A DNA stretch of 64,000 bases, from assembly GCA_964614095.1 (NCBI GenBank), contig CAZTJO010000002.1, positions 32,043-96,042 of the forward strand, written 5' to 3'. The notes beneath the pieces were generated by a model. That model ran no database searches, was not told the DNA's origin, and saw only the letters and a program-made list of their open reading frames with translations. This stretch comes from an uncultured Acidimicrobiia bacterium (lineage in GTDB: Bacteria > Actinomycetota > Acidimicrobiia > Spongiisociales > UBA11373). Each line of letters begins with the position of its first letter. Positions within the stretch are counted from its first letter, which is position 1. The position numbers were made by a program, and so were the translations under genes. Shown here one piece after another: positions 54,037 through 63,364 of the stretch.

Positions 54037-55128
54037 CTACTCGCCGGCGGGGGCCTCGGGGCGGGACATCCACTGCCGGCCCTGCAGCATCATCTCGGTG
54101 AAGCTCTCGCGGTCGTCGCCGAGGACCCAGCCGGACAACTCGTCGAATTCGCGGCGGAGAGCCTGGTAGAGGTCGGGGGTGAATGGATTGAGCCGCTGGA
54201 TCATGTAGTAGAGCCCGGGGTCCTCTCCGATGACGGTACTGGCCGTCTCCACCTGGGCGTGGAACGTTGTGCTGCCCACCCGATCGAGGCTGGCGAAATC
54301 GGCGTTCCCGCCCATCAGCACCTTGGCAAAAAGCAGGTTGACCAGGTGGGAGAGCCCAAGAACGTAGAGGACCACCCGATCGTGCTCCTCGAGTGACAGC
54401 TCCACGATGGTGGCCGCGGTGTCGGAGAAGAGGTCTCTGACCCGGTGGGCGGCGGCGGTGTCGCCGCAATCGCAGACGCAAATAACCTGGTCCGCCAGTG
54501 TCCGGGTCTCCGGGCCGAACATGGGATGGATGCTCGTCACCGAGAGGCCGGCTTCTCCGGCGTCGGTTATGGCCGGGCGGAGGTGGTCCTTGAGGCTGGC
54601 GATGTCGAAGGCGGTGCCCTGGTAGCCGCAAGAAGCAAGAGAGCCGAGCACCAGGGGCACAGTGTCCGGAGGGGTGGCGATGAGGGCCAGCGATGTTCCG
54701 GCCGTGGCATCTTCGAGGGAGGGGCCGGCGGGATCGGCAGGATCGCTGATCGAGACGTGGTGTCCCTGGTTGCGGAAGAAGTCGACGAACCAGCGCCCCA
54801 TGCGGCCCGCCCCTCCGATGACGGCGATGCTCTCAGCCGAGCCCTGGTAAGTGGAGAAGGAGATGCGCTCCTGCTCGGCCCGGGCCGCAGAGATGAGCAC
54901 CTGCATGAGCGACCGGACGGTGGTCGGGGAGAGGCCGAGCTCGACGGCGCTTTCGGCGGCCCGGTCGAGCACTGCTCGTTCCACCCCCCAGTCGCGCAGA
55001 GGCACGCCGGCCTCTCGCTTCTGGCGGCCGGCGGCGCGCGCCGCCTCGAGTCGCTCGGCGACCAATTGGAGTATCTGCTCGTCGATGCGTCGGATATGCT
55101 CGCGCAGCTCATCAAGCTCGTGTGCCAC
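54037..55128 (-). CDS. tyrA: Bifunctional chorismate mutase / prephenate dehydrogenase (TyrA, T-protein type)
   Basis: N-terminal AroQ chorismate-mutase helix (LDELREHIRRIDEQILQLVAERLEAA). It is followed by the prephenate dehydrogenase Rossmann fold (IAVIGGAGRMGRWF) and the PDH catalytic region (HPMFGPE). GTG start. Confidence 0.85.
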   Translation of the reverse strand: MAHELDELREHIRRIDEQILQLVAERLEAARAAGRQKREAGVPLRDWGVERAVLDRAAESAVELGLSPTTVRSLMQVLISAARAEQERISFSTYQGSAESIAVIGGAGRMGRWFVDFFRNQGHHVSISDPADPAGPSLEDATAGTSLALIATPPDTVPLVLGSLASCGYQGTAFDIASLKDHLRPAITDAGEAGLSVTSIHPMFGPETRTLADQVICVCDCGDTAAAHRVRDLFSDTAATIVELSLEEHDRVVLYVLGLSHLVNLLFAKVLMGGNADFASLDRVGSTTFHAQVETASTVIGEDPGLYYMIQRLNPFTPDLYQALRREFDELSGWVLGDDRESFTEMMLQGRQWMSRPEAPAGE

Positions 55129-55261
55129 GGCCCCATGATGGCGTACTTCGCCATCGGTAGGATCGATCCGGGTCCGGATCCGGCTTGCTCGAGGTGTCGT
55201 CTCAGGGTGCTGCCGTCGTTTCGACTACACCCGTGTGCCGTTATTCGCGTACTCTGTGGCC

Positions 55262-56497
55262 ATGGGAAGGATGCTGAGAAGGATCTTCCCCGCTGTCGGG
55301 GCGGCCCTGGCGCTGGTTGCTGCCGCCTGCTCGGGCGAGGCTGCACCCACCACCGTGCCCACCACTACGACATCCACGACGACAACCACACTGGGTGACG
55401 TCATCACGCTGGAACAGAACGGGCCAGCCTTTGTCATCCAGGGGCAGCGAGGCGCCTACGTCGAAGCGCTTCAGCACTACCTCGTCTGCGACGGATACGG
55501 CGAACCGGTGCCCGGAGAGGGAACCGTGAGCGTCGACGGCGTCTACGGCCCCATCACCGGCCGGGCCGTTGCCTACGTCCAGGCCTCGTTGCGCCGGGTG
55601 CCGTCGGGCAATCCCGACGAGGGCACCTTTGCCATGCTCGCCCGGGAGTGCAGCGAGGACCGTGGGTTGGTGTTCACCGACAGGGACACGATGCAGCAGA
55701 TCGCGGGCAATGTGGCCGATGAGGACGACGAGGTCTTTGCTCTCAGCGGCGTTGAGGGCCGGGTGTTTTCCATTGTGGTGTCCGAAGGCGAGGTCGAGGT
55801 CACGATCGAGAGGGAAGACGGCAACCAGGTGCGATATCTGGGCCCGGGTGGCAGCTGGGCAGGCCAGCTGCCCTCAGAGAGCAACTACAGCATCCGGGTA
55901 TCGGCCACGGCGCCCACTTCATATCTCGTCGATGTCGAGGCGGCCCGTCCCCACGTCGTCAACGTCGATTTTGGTGACATGTACCTGGGCCCGGGCTCGG
56001 GTGGTATTGGGATCGCCGCTTTCGGCGATGACGCCGATGATGTCATCGCCCTGCTGACCCAGCTGCTCGGCGAGCCCTCGGCCGACACCGACTGGCAGAC
56101 CGGTGATGCCGGCGGTCTCACCTGCAGGGGCACAAACCGGCACCTCACCTGGCTGATCCAGGCCGCAGAATCGGGCTCGGAGAATCCTGCTCTCCTGACC
56201 ATCGACTTCAGCGATGTGGCCGATGGAACACGGGTTTTGGCCCAATACACCTACGAGTCAGATGATCCCCGGGCGGTCGACATTGGGGCCATGGCACTTG
56301 CCACCGCCGAGGGGGTGACCATCGGCCGCAGCCGTGACGAGTTTGTGGCCATCTACGGGCAGCCCAGCTTTTTTGATGCCAACAGGGGTCTGACCTGGGG
56401 CGGCGGCATCGTGTTTGGCATCACCGCCATCGAAGAGGGCGAGAACCTCATCTACTACGTGAGCGCCGGCTCGGACGGCTGTGACGATTTCTCCTGA
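55262..56497 (+). CDS. Lipoprotein with a peptidoglycan-binding (PG_binding_1-like) domain
   Basis: Lipobox ALALVAAAC|SG and Thr-rich linker. GQRGAYVEALQHYLVCDGY...VDGVYGPITGRAVAYVQ resembles PG-binding domain 1. Confidence 0.55.
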   Translation: MGRMLRRIFPAVGAALALVAAACSGEAAPTTVPTTTTSTTTTTLGDVITLEQNGPAFVIQGQRGAYVEALQHYLVCDGYGEPVPGEGTVSVDGVYGPITGRAVAYVQASLRRVPSGNPDEGTFAMLARECSEDRGLVFTDRDTMQQIAGNVADEDDEVFALSGVEGRVFSIVVSEGEVEVTIEREDGNQVRYLGPGGSWAGQLPSESNYSIRVSATAPTSYLVDVEAARPHVVNVDFGDMYLGPGSGGIGIAAFGDDADDVIALLTQLLGEPSADTDWQTGDAGGLTCRGTNRHLTWLIQAAESGSENPALLTIDFSDVADGTRVLAQYTYESDDPRAVDIGAMALATAEGVTIGRSRDEFVAIYGQPSFFDANRGLTWGGGIVFGITAIEEGENLIYYVSAGSDGCDDFS

Positions 56498-56579
56498 GCC
56501 GGCCCAGTGATCGATCGACCGCGAGATTCTTAGCTCGGCCCTCGCCGGTGCAGCCACCCGCCGGCGAATATCCTCAACG

Positions 56580-58220
56580 ATGCTTCACCAACTCTGGTTG
56601 AATTGGGGTGACGACGTGTGGGGGACTATGCGTTGGCAGGAAGCTGGTTTCTGGCATCGCCGCTCTCTCGTGGCGCTCACGACGGGCGTTCCGGTGGCCG
56701 AGGGGATCATTCTCCTGCTCCTCGGCATCCCATCGGGGCTCAGCCTGGCGCCTCAGGTGACCGCGCTCGGCCCCTTCGGCACTTTTCACGATCTCCGCTG
56801 GCTATTTGTTTTTCACGACTCAATCGTCGGCTTTGTCGGGGGCTTGGCCTTGCTGGTGGCGTTGCGCTCTGCGCTGATCGCGCTGCTGGTGCGAGCGGCG
56901 TGGCCCTCCGGGCAGGAGCGGCCCAGCTTCATCATCACCCTGAGGCACTCGGCGGTGGTGACGGTTTTTGCCGTCGTTCTGTTGTCACCGTGGGTCACCC
57001 TTCTTTTTGGCGCTGCGGTGGTGCCGCTGTCGTGGGTGTTCTTTGCCGCGTTGCCTCCCGCCATCGCCACCATCCTGTTCATTCACCACGGTGGCATCGA
57101 TGGCCAATGGTGGCGACGCCTGCCTCCGGCCCGGTCCGCCGCTTGGGCGGCACTCTCCTTTGTTGTCCTGAGCCTGGCCGCACTGGCGGTGGCGGGCCAC
57201 AGTGACGGCTGGGAGCTGGTGGTGATCGCCGCCGTCGGCCTCTTCAACGCTTGGGTTTGGCATCACAGCGTGAAGACCATCGTGCTCGGCCTCCCGGCTC
57301 GGCGCCGGCGGGTGGTGCCGGTGACGGTGGTGGCCATCGTGACCCTGTTTGTGGTGGTCGTCGGGGGCACACGCCTCGGCTTTGCCGCTTTTGCCAGTGA
57401 GGATCCGGGCGGAGACGGCCGGCGGGTGTCACTCGAAGGCGATCATGCGGTGCTGCTGGTTGCCGGGTTTGCCAGCGGCTGTTGCGAGGAGGCGGCCGAT
57501 CTGGAGGAGATGGCACCGGAATTGACCGTGGAGCAGTTCTCCTATGCCGGTCTCGATTATGAAGGACGTCCCCGGCCTCACGCCGGGGTGTCGACCGATG
57601 CCGACATCGCCGATGTCGCAGTTCTCATGAACGCACAGGTGACGGTGCTGGCACACCGGCACGGAGGGCCGGTGGCGATCGTGGCCGAGAGCGAGGGGAC
57701 TCTGGTGGCGATCGCCTTCCTCAATCGGTATCCCGACGCCGATGTGGATCGGCTCATGCTGCTGAGCCCGATAGTCGAGCCGGGCCGGGTCACCTACCCC
57801 GATGCGGGCGAGGAGGGCAGGGGCATGGTTACGGGCTATCAGCTGCGGGCCTTGGCCGCGCTCATCGATTCTCTGGCACCGATCGCACTGTCCGCCGACG
57901 GCCCCTTTGCCGATTCGCTGCGCCGCGACGCTGAGGAGCTGGCGCGCGCCCTCTATGACTGGCCCGGTCTCGAGGAGGTGGTGATCCTGCCTCTCGCCGA
58001 CGCGGTCACCAATCCCAGCGATCTCGAATACGGGAGCGTCGAGGTGATCGTGGTCCCCGGTTTCCACGGAGGCCTGCGCGGCAGAGAGGATGTGCAGGAG
58101 ATGATCGGGACCTGGGTGCAAGGGGGAGACATCTCCAGCTCGGAGGTGTGGATGACGCTGGAGCGGATCATCACGGGGACGGCGTCGGCCTGGCAGGTCC
58201 CCGAGCTCGAGAGTTTCTAG
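56580..58220 (+). CDS. Membrane protein with N-terminal multi-TM region and C-terminal alpha/beta-hydrolase-like domain (AxSxG nucleophile motif); start uncertain
   Basis: Five or more hydrophobic helices in the first 250 aa. HRHGGPVAIVAESEGTLVA is a lipase-like nucleophile elbow. Confidence 0.45.
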   Translation: MLHQLWLNWGDDVWGTMRWQEAGFWHRRSLVALTTGVPVAEGIILLLLGIPSGLSLAPQVTALGPFGTFHDLRWLFVFHDSIVGFVGGLALLVALRSALIALLVRAAWPSGQERPSFIITLRHSAVVTVFAVVLLSPWVTLLFGAAVVPLSWVFFAALPPAIATILFIHHGGIDGQWWRRLPPARSAAWAALSFVVLSLAALAVAGHSDGWELVVIAAVGLFNAWVWHHSVKTIVLGLPARRRRVVPVTVVAIVTLFVVVVGGTRLGFAAFASEDPGGDGRRVSLEGDHAVLLVAGFASGCCEEAADLEEMAPELTVEQFSYAGLDYEGRPRPHAGVSTDADIADVAVLMNAQVTVLAHRHGGPVAIVAESEGTLVAIAFLNRYPDADVDRLMLLSPIVEPGRVTYPDAGEEGRGMVTGYQLRALAALIDSLAPIALSADGPFADSLRRDAEELARALYDWPGLEEVVILPLADAVTNPSDLEYGSVEVIVVPGFHGGLRGREDVQEMIGTWVQGGDISSSEVWMTLERIITGTASAWQVPELESF

Positions 58221-58309
58221 TTCGACGCTGCGGCGGCATGCCGGGTTAGGCTGCGCGTGCACAAGAGGGAGGGAGCGCTAAGCGCAGGCTTCTGGTTCTG
58301 CTCCTTGCT

Positions 58310-58879
58310 GTGGTTCTGCTGGGCGTCGCCTGCGGCGACGACGATGCGGCAACCACTGAGGCACCGACCACAACGGTCCAGGCCACGACGATTGTTTCCA
58401 CCACAGTGGTTGAGGAGACGACCACCACCATTTCGCCGGCACAGGTTGCCGTCATGATGGCGCAGGCCCTCGTCGGCGACTACACGGGGGAGTGGTCCAA
58501 CACCATGTACGGTTCCAGCGGATCGATTGAGGCCGAGGTCTTTGTCGATGCCGCAACTGCAACGGCGACGGTGAACGTCGATCTCGGCGGCTTCGTGCTC
58601 GGGATCGGCGATCCGCCGGCCGAGACGTTCACGTTTGAAATCGGGGGTGAGCCGCCGCTCACCGGCACGAGTGAGGTCGTAGGCGATTTCACGCTCGATG
58701 TGGCCATGGACGGCACGTTCGGGTTGACCGCCGATGCGATTCCTGACCCGTCGGGCCGTGTCACCGCTCTCACGATGACCGGGTCGATCGGCATGGACGG
58801 CAGCATCGAAGGCGACTACATGGTGAACTTCAGTGACGGCACCACAGCCGAGGGGACGGTTTCCGTAGCCAAAAGTTAG
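58310..58879 (+). CDS. Small Thr-rich lipoprotein-like protein (189 aa); start codon uncertain
   Basis: VLLGVAC|GDDD lipobox directly after the GTG at 58310. In-frame upstream sequence encodes KRRLLVLLLAVVLLGVAC but has no canonical start codon. Confidence 0.4.
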   Translation: MVLLGVACGDDDAATTEAPTTTVQATTIVSTTVVEETTTTISPAQVAVMMAQALVGDYTGEWSNTMYGSSGSIEAEVFVDAATATATVNVDLGGFVLGIGDPPAETFTFEIGGEPPLTGTSEVVGDFTLDVAMDGTFGLTADAIPDPSGRVTALTMTGSIGMDGSIEGDYMVNFSDGTTAEGTVSVAKS

Positions 58880-59026
58880 GCGGCGCGTACATCCGCAACG
58901 GCATCCGCCACCTAGGACGCCGATTTGTGCACTTGAATCTCGTCGCCGGCTCCTCCGGCCTCCGACCGGGTGTTACGGCCGTTTGGCCCTCGCCGCCCGG
59001 CGCCGTTTCCGCTTGTATAGGTCCCT

Positions 59027-59917
59027 GTGCTGATACTCGACGGACTGCAGAAACGTTATGGCGACGTTGTTGCTCTCGACGCCTGCTCGTTTGATGTTCG
59101 CCCGGGACAGATGGTGGGGTTTCTGGGCCCCAACGGTGCCGGCAAGACCACCGCCATGCGTTCGGTGTTTGGGCTTGTCGACCTCGACACCGGTGTCATC
59201 ACTTGGAATGGAAAGCCGGTGGACAGAAGCACCTGGCTCGGCTTTGGGTACATGCCCGAGGAACGGGGCCTCTACCCCCGGATGAGGGTGCTGGACCAGG
59301 TGTGCTACTTCGGGCGGCTCCACGGCATGAATCGCTCGGATGCAACTGCTGCCGCCGGGAGGCTTCTTGCGGAATTCGGCCTCGAGGATCGTGCCCACGT
59401 CCGCCTGCAGGACCTCTCTCACGGCAATCAGCAGCGGGTGCAGCTGACCGTCGCTCTCGTGCACGGGCCTAGGGTGCTCGTGCTCGATGAGCCGTTCTCC
59501 GGGCTGGACCCGGTGGCCGCCGAGATGATGGCGGCGGTTCTCCGTGATCAAGCCGACAACGGGGCGGCGGTGCTCTTCTCCAGCCACCAGCTCGACGTGG
59601 TGGAGCATCTCTGTGAGGACGTGGTCATCATCAACGAAGGCCGTGTCGTCCTGTCGGGCCGGGTCGACGCGCTACGAGCCGCGTCGCCGCACCGATACGT
59701 CGATGTGCTGCTCGACGGAGCAGGGACGGATTGGGCCGAAGGCGTGCGGGGAGCCGAGATCGTGATGCGCAACGCCGACCGGGTGCGTCTGATGGTCGAT
59801 CGGGACAGCGACCCGGCGGAGCTGGTGGCGCTGGCTCGGAAGGCCGGTGAGATCGTCGAGTTCGCCTTCCTCCCGCCGCGACTATCCGAGGTCTTCCGTG
59901 AGGCGGTGACACGATGA
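59027..59917 (+). CDS. ABC transporter ATP-binding protein (ABC-2 exporter type)
   Basis: Walker A GPNGAGKTT, signature LSHGNQQRVQL, Walker B LVLDEPFSGLD. Confidence 0.9.
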   Translation: MLILDGLQKRYGDVVALDACSFDVRPGQMVGFLGPNGAGKTTAMRSVFGLVDLDTGVITWNGKPVDRSTWLGFGYMPEERGLYPRMRVLDQVCYFGRLHGMNRSDATAAAGRLLAEFGLEDRAHVRLQDLSHGNQQRVQLTVALVHGPRVLVLDEPFSGLDPVAAEMMAAVLRDQADNGAAVLFSSHQLDVVEHLCEDVVIINEGRVVLSGRVDALRAASPHRYVDVLLDGAGTDWAEGVRGAEIVMRNADRVRLMVDRDSDPAELVALARKAGEIVEFAFLPPRLSEVFREAVTR

Positions 59918-60762
59918 AGCCGTGGCGCAGCGTGCTGCTGGTGATGGGCCGGGAGTTCCGGGCCCGAAAGAAGGGGTTCCTCATCGTGTCGCTCGTGCTC
60001 ATGTTGCTTGCGGCGGGCGGCATGGTGATCGCGGATGCTGCAGCCGCAACGCAGGGCAGGGCGCGGATGTCAAGCTCCGAGGCCGACCAGCTGCTGGGGG
60101 CGCTGAGCGTCATCCTGCTCTTCCTGGCCATCGTCGTCACTGGGCAGGTGATCATGGAGGGCGTCGCCGAGGAGAAGCGCAGCCGTGTCGTCGAAGTTGT
60201 TCTCGGCACCATGCATCCCCGCCACCTTCTCACCGGGAAGGTGACGGCCATCGGTCTGCTGGGGTTCGCCGAGATCGTGCTCGCAGTGGGTTCGCTGCTC
60301 GTGACCGCCGAGATATTCGATGTCTTCGAGGTTCCGAAGGGGACCGCTCTGGGATTAGTCACCGTCGCAGTCTGGTTCCTGCTCGGTTTTTCGCTGTACT
60401 CGATGGTCTACGGAGCCGCCGGGTCGCTGGTGGCACCGCACGAGAACGTGGCCAATGCGGCATTCCCCATCAATATCGTCTTGCTGATCCCGTACTTCGT
60501 GACGCTCGCCTCGGCCGGGACGGGAGACACGGTGGCTTTGCGGGTCCTTTCACTGGTGCCTTTGACCGCACCCCTGAGTATGCCCACGCGTATGGTCCGC
60601 GGTTTTGCGGCTCCCTGGGAGGTGGCGGTCTCCATGGCGCTTGTGGTCGTCACCACCTATGGTTTCATCCGGCTTGCCGGGCGGCTCTACGCCGGAGCCG
60701 TGATGCAGGGCGGCAAGGTGCGCTGGCGTCAGGCCTGGCGCAGCGCCGGCGACATGCGCTGA
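59914..60762 (+). CDS. ABC-2 family transporter permease
   Basis: 282 aa with 6 TM helices. Overlaps the ATPase stop by 4 nt. Confidence 0.8.
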   Translation: MKPWRSVLLVMGREFRARKKGFLIVSLVLMLLAAGGMVIADAAAATQGRARMSSSEADQLLGALSVILLFLAIVVTGQVIMEGVAEEKRSRVVEVVLGTMHPRHLLTGKVTAIGLLGFAEIVLAVGSLLVTAEIFDVFEVPKGTALGLVTVAVWFLLGFSLYSMVYGAAGSLVAPHENVANAAFPINIVLLIPYFVTLASAGTGDTVALRVLSLVPLTAPLSMPTRMVRGFAAPWEVAVSMALVVVTTYGFIRLAGRLYAGAVMQGGKVRWRQAWRSAGDMR

Positions 60763-60804
60763 GCTTGCCGCGTGGCCTGAACGCCGGCCGGCGCCGGTTT
60801 GAGC

Positions 60805-60987
60805 CTATGAGGTCTGCCCTTTCTGACGAACGGGAAACAGGAACCCGTGGCTGAGAGAGCTGACGTGACCATCATCCCACGCCACCTCGACGGTTTGGCC
60901 GTGCACGCTGAGCACCTTGCCCTGACGCGGCACCTGGCCGACCTTTTTGGTCAGTTCCCGGACCCGCATTCCCTTCTGCAGCTTCAT
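60805..60987 (-). CDS. Small DUF1918-like beta-barrel protein (60 aa)
   Basis: MKLQKGMRVRELTKKVGQVPRQGKVLSVHGQTVEVAWDDGHVSSLSHGFLFPV fits the short actinobacterial DUF1918 pattern. Strong SD GGAGGGAG 4 nt upstream of the ATG. Confidence 0.5.
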   Translation of the reverse strand: MKLQKGMRVRELTKKVGQVPRQGKVLSVHGQTVEVAWDDGHVSSLSHGFLFPVRQKGQTS

Positions 60988-61167
60988 GTCTCCCTCCGTC
61001 CAACGCTAGAGGATGGCCTTCTGGCGTGCGGCCGGTACGCCGTGGGGGTGTCTGCCGTGGTTCGTTGATTGGCGGAAACTGGGACTTCTCGCGCGCATCG
61101 CGCGGGAAATCCCACCCAGGGCGCGCAAGGCGTGGTTTGCTAGGGGTGCGCACACAGGGAGCGCAGG

Positions 61168-61416
61168 ATGACGGATCGAGCCATCGATTGGGGATCTCCC
61201 CGCCCGGCCGCCGAATGGATGGAGGCTCGGGAGAGGATCGTGGCGCGTGTGCCGGTGGAGGTGGTGCGAGCCCTTCGGGAACGGGCTCGTGTCGAAGGTG
61301 TCTCGCTGTCGGTGCTGGTGGGGCGGCTTCTCGCCGCGTCGGTCGATATGGCTTACGAAGATCGTATAGGCTCTCGAGAGCCCTGGCCGGCCGCAGCCGA
61401 CGCTCTTTTCGACTGA
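61168..61416 (+). CDS. Ribbon-helix-helix (CopG/antitoxin-like) domain protein (82 aa)
   Basis: VPVEVVRALRERARVEGVSLSVLVGRLL is an RHH beta-strand plus helix motif. AGGGAG RBS. Confidence 0.45.
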   Translation: MTDRAIDWGSPRPAAEWMEARERIVARVPVEVVRALRERARVEGVSLSVLVGRLLAASVDMAYEDRIGSREPWPAAADALFD

Positions 61417-61580
61417 CTGCGAGCCGGCATCGGCCGACAGAGAAGCGGTCTTGGCGCCGTTTGTTCTTCCGCAAACGATCCCTGAGCGCACGGTGGGCGG
61501 GCAGATTCGACGCGATGGGACAACGGGTAGACAGCCTCCCGCCACTCTGCCGCCGGAATTGCCTCGGCGGGGGGAGACAA

Positions 61581-61787
61581 ATGACGGGAATAGGGGAGCT
61601 GCGCGATCTGATCTGTGCCGCCACCGAAGGAGCGGCAGGGGGCCTGGAGGCGCTGCGCGCCGTCGGATTGGCGATAGACCTCGACGACTTTGCCGTCGAA
61701 GTCAACTACGCCGACGGCGACCCCGGACAACCTGGAGAGGTGGGCGCCACCATCAGGCTCAGCTTCGGCGCCGCCGCCGGTTCCTGA
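61581..61787 (+). CDS. Possible small protein (68 aa) with strong SD
   Basis: GGGGAGACAA-ATG context. MTGIGELRDLICAATEGAAGGLEALRAVGLAIDLDDFAVEVNYADGD... No homolog recognised. Confidence 0.25.
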   Translation: MTGIGELRDLICAATEGAAGGLEALRAVGLAIDLDDFAVEVNYADGDPGQPGEVGATIRLSFGAAAGS

Positions 61788-62000
61788 AGACCGGGCGGGC
61801 CGGTCCAGCTCGGCTGCCGCAGGAGTCGGCGGCCTCCCGGAGCACGATTCCGCCCCAACCGCCGCCTTCACCGTTCGCCGCGACGTCGCCTAGATCCGGC
61901 CGGGTGGGGAGAGCGACGGAGCCGTGCCCAAGGAGAGGATGTGCTCTCCCGGTACTCCGGCGAAACATCCTTCTCACCGCTTGAGATGGGCATGAACAAG

Positions 62001-62014
62001 CTATAAACTTATAG
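62001..62014 (+). promoter_or_regulatory. Palindrome CTATAAACTTATAG in an AT-rich promoter, 12 bp upstream of tetR (candidate TetR operator/-10 region)
   Basis: Perfect 6-2-6 inverted repeat in the only AT-rich stretch of the 600-bp intergenic region. Confidence 0.5.
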
Positions 62015-62025
62015 CGATTATAAAT

Positions 62026-62649
62026 ATGGAGAACCTGCAGACAGAGGGCCTGCGCCATCGCAAGAAGCAACGCACCAGAGAACTGATCCTGGCGGAGGCC
62101 AGGAGGCTTTTTGAGGCTCGAGGGCTCGACGGGACCACGATGGAGGACATAGCCGGGGCGGCCGAGGTCTCGGTGGGGACGCTGTACAACTACTTCGGAT
62201 CGAAGAGCACCCTCCTGCTGGCTCTCTTCAACGAGTGGATGGCGTCGATGACGGCGAGCAGCGCCGGCGTCCTCGCCGATCCGGGTGATGACCCGGTGCA
62301 GGCGGTGAAGGCGCTGTTCGACGTCTACCTCGACTTCCTGCTCGACCTCGACCGCCGCTTGCTGCAGGACGTGTTCGTTGCCGGGATGTCCGGGCACAGC
62401 ATCTCGGGCGAGCTGATGGCGATGGATGTCCGACTCATGGTAGAGCTTGGCGGCCTGCTGGCCGGGTTCCGCAAACGTGGCCTGGCCGGTTCCTCGGTGC
62501 CGCTGGAGGAGGCGACGATGCTTCTCTATTCAGTGCTCATCATGCAGCTATTCATGTTTGTGATGGTTGGGGCGATTCAGTCGGAGGACGTCCGGGCGGC
62601 AACGGCCCGGCAGGTCGAGGCCGCCTTCCACGGCATGGCAGAAAGATAG
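62026..62649 (+). CDS. TetR/AcrR-family transcriptional regulator
   Basis: HTH ILAEARRLFEARGLDGTTMEDIAGAAEVSVGTLYNYFGSKSTLL. Confidence 0.85.
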   Translation: MENLQTEGLRHRKKQRTRELILAEARRLFEARGLDGTTMEDIAGAAEVSVGTLYNYFGSKSTLLLALFNEWMASMTASSAGVLADPGDDPVQAVKALFDVYLDFLLDLDRRLLQDVFVAGMSGHSISGELMAMDVRLMVELGGLLAGFRKRGLAGSSVPLEEATMLLYSVLIMQLFMFVMVGAIQSEDVRAATARQVEAAFHGMAER

Positions 62650-62662
62650 AAGTGAGGAGAAG

Positions 62663-63364
62663 ATGATTTCGCTGAACGGAGTGGGGAAGACCTACGGCGA
62701 AGGTGTGGCCGCAGTCCATGCTTTGCGCGACGTGGACCTCGAGATACCGGACGGGGAGCTGACCGTCATCCTCGGGCCCAGCGGCTCGGGGAAGACGACC
62801 CTGCTGAACCTGGTGGGAGCTATCGACGACCTCAGCTCGGGTTCGTTGCGGGTCGGCGATGTCGACCTCGCGGCACTGAGCGCCGATGCGCGTGTCGACT
62901 ACCGCCGCACCCAGGTGGGTTTTGTGTTCCAGTTCTTCAATCTCATTCCCACTCTGACTGCTGCCGAGAACGTTGAGCTCGTCGCCGAGCTGACCCGCGG
63001 CAATGGGGCCCAGCGGGCGCGAACGGCTCTGGAGCAGGTGGGCTTGGCCGAGCGGCTCGACCATTTCCCGTCGCAGCTGTCGGGAGGGGAGCAGCAGCGG
63101 GTGGCCATTGCCCGGGCTCTGGCCAAAGAGCCGCCGATCCTGCTGTGTGATGAGCCTACCGGCGAGCTCGATTTCGAGACCGGGAGGCTCATACTCGGCC
63201 TGCTGCGCCGGCTGGGCCGGGAGAACGGCCAGACCGTGCTGCTGGTGACTCACAATGCCGCCATAGGGGAGATGGCGGACCGTGTGGTACGGCTGCGGTC
63301 CGGGGAGATCGTCGAGGATCGCCACATCGAGTCCCCGGTGGATGCAGAGACGCTGACATGGTGA
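62663..63364 (+). CDS. ABC transporter ATP-binding protein (MacB/LolD/FtsE-type)
   Basis: Walker [12 protein letters not shown], signature [15 protein letters not shown], Walker [21 protein letters not shown]. Start at ATG 62663. Confidence 0.9.
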   Translation: MISLNGVGKTYGEGVAAVHALRDVDLEIPDGELTVILGPSGSGKTTLLNLVGAIDDLSSGSLRVGDVDLAALSADARVDYRRTQVGFVFQFFNLIPTLTAAENVELVAELTRGNGAQRARTALEQVGLAERLDHFPSQLSGGEQQRVAIARALAKEPPILLCDEPTGELDFETGRLILGLLRRLGRENGQTVLLVTHNAAIGEMADRVVRLRSGEIVEDRHIESPVDAETLTW

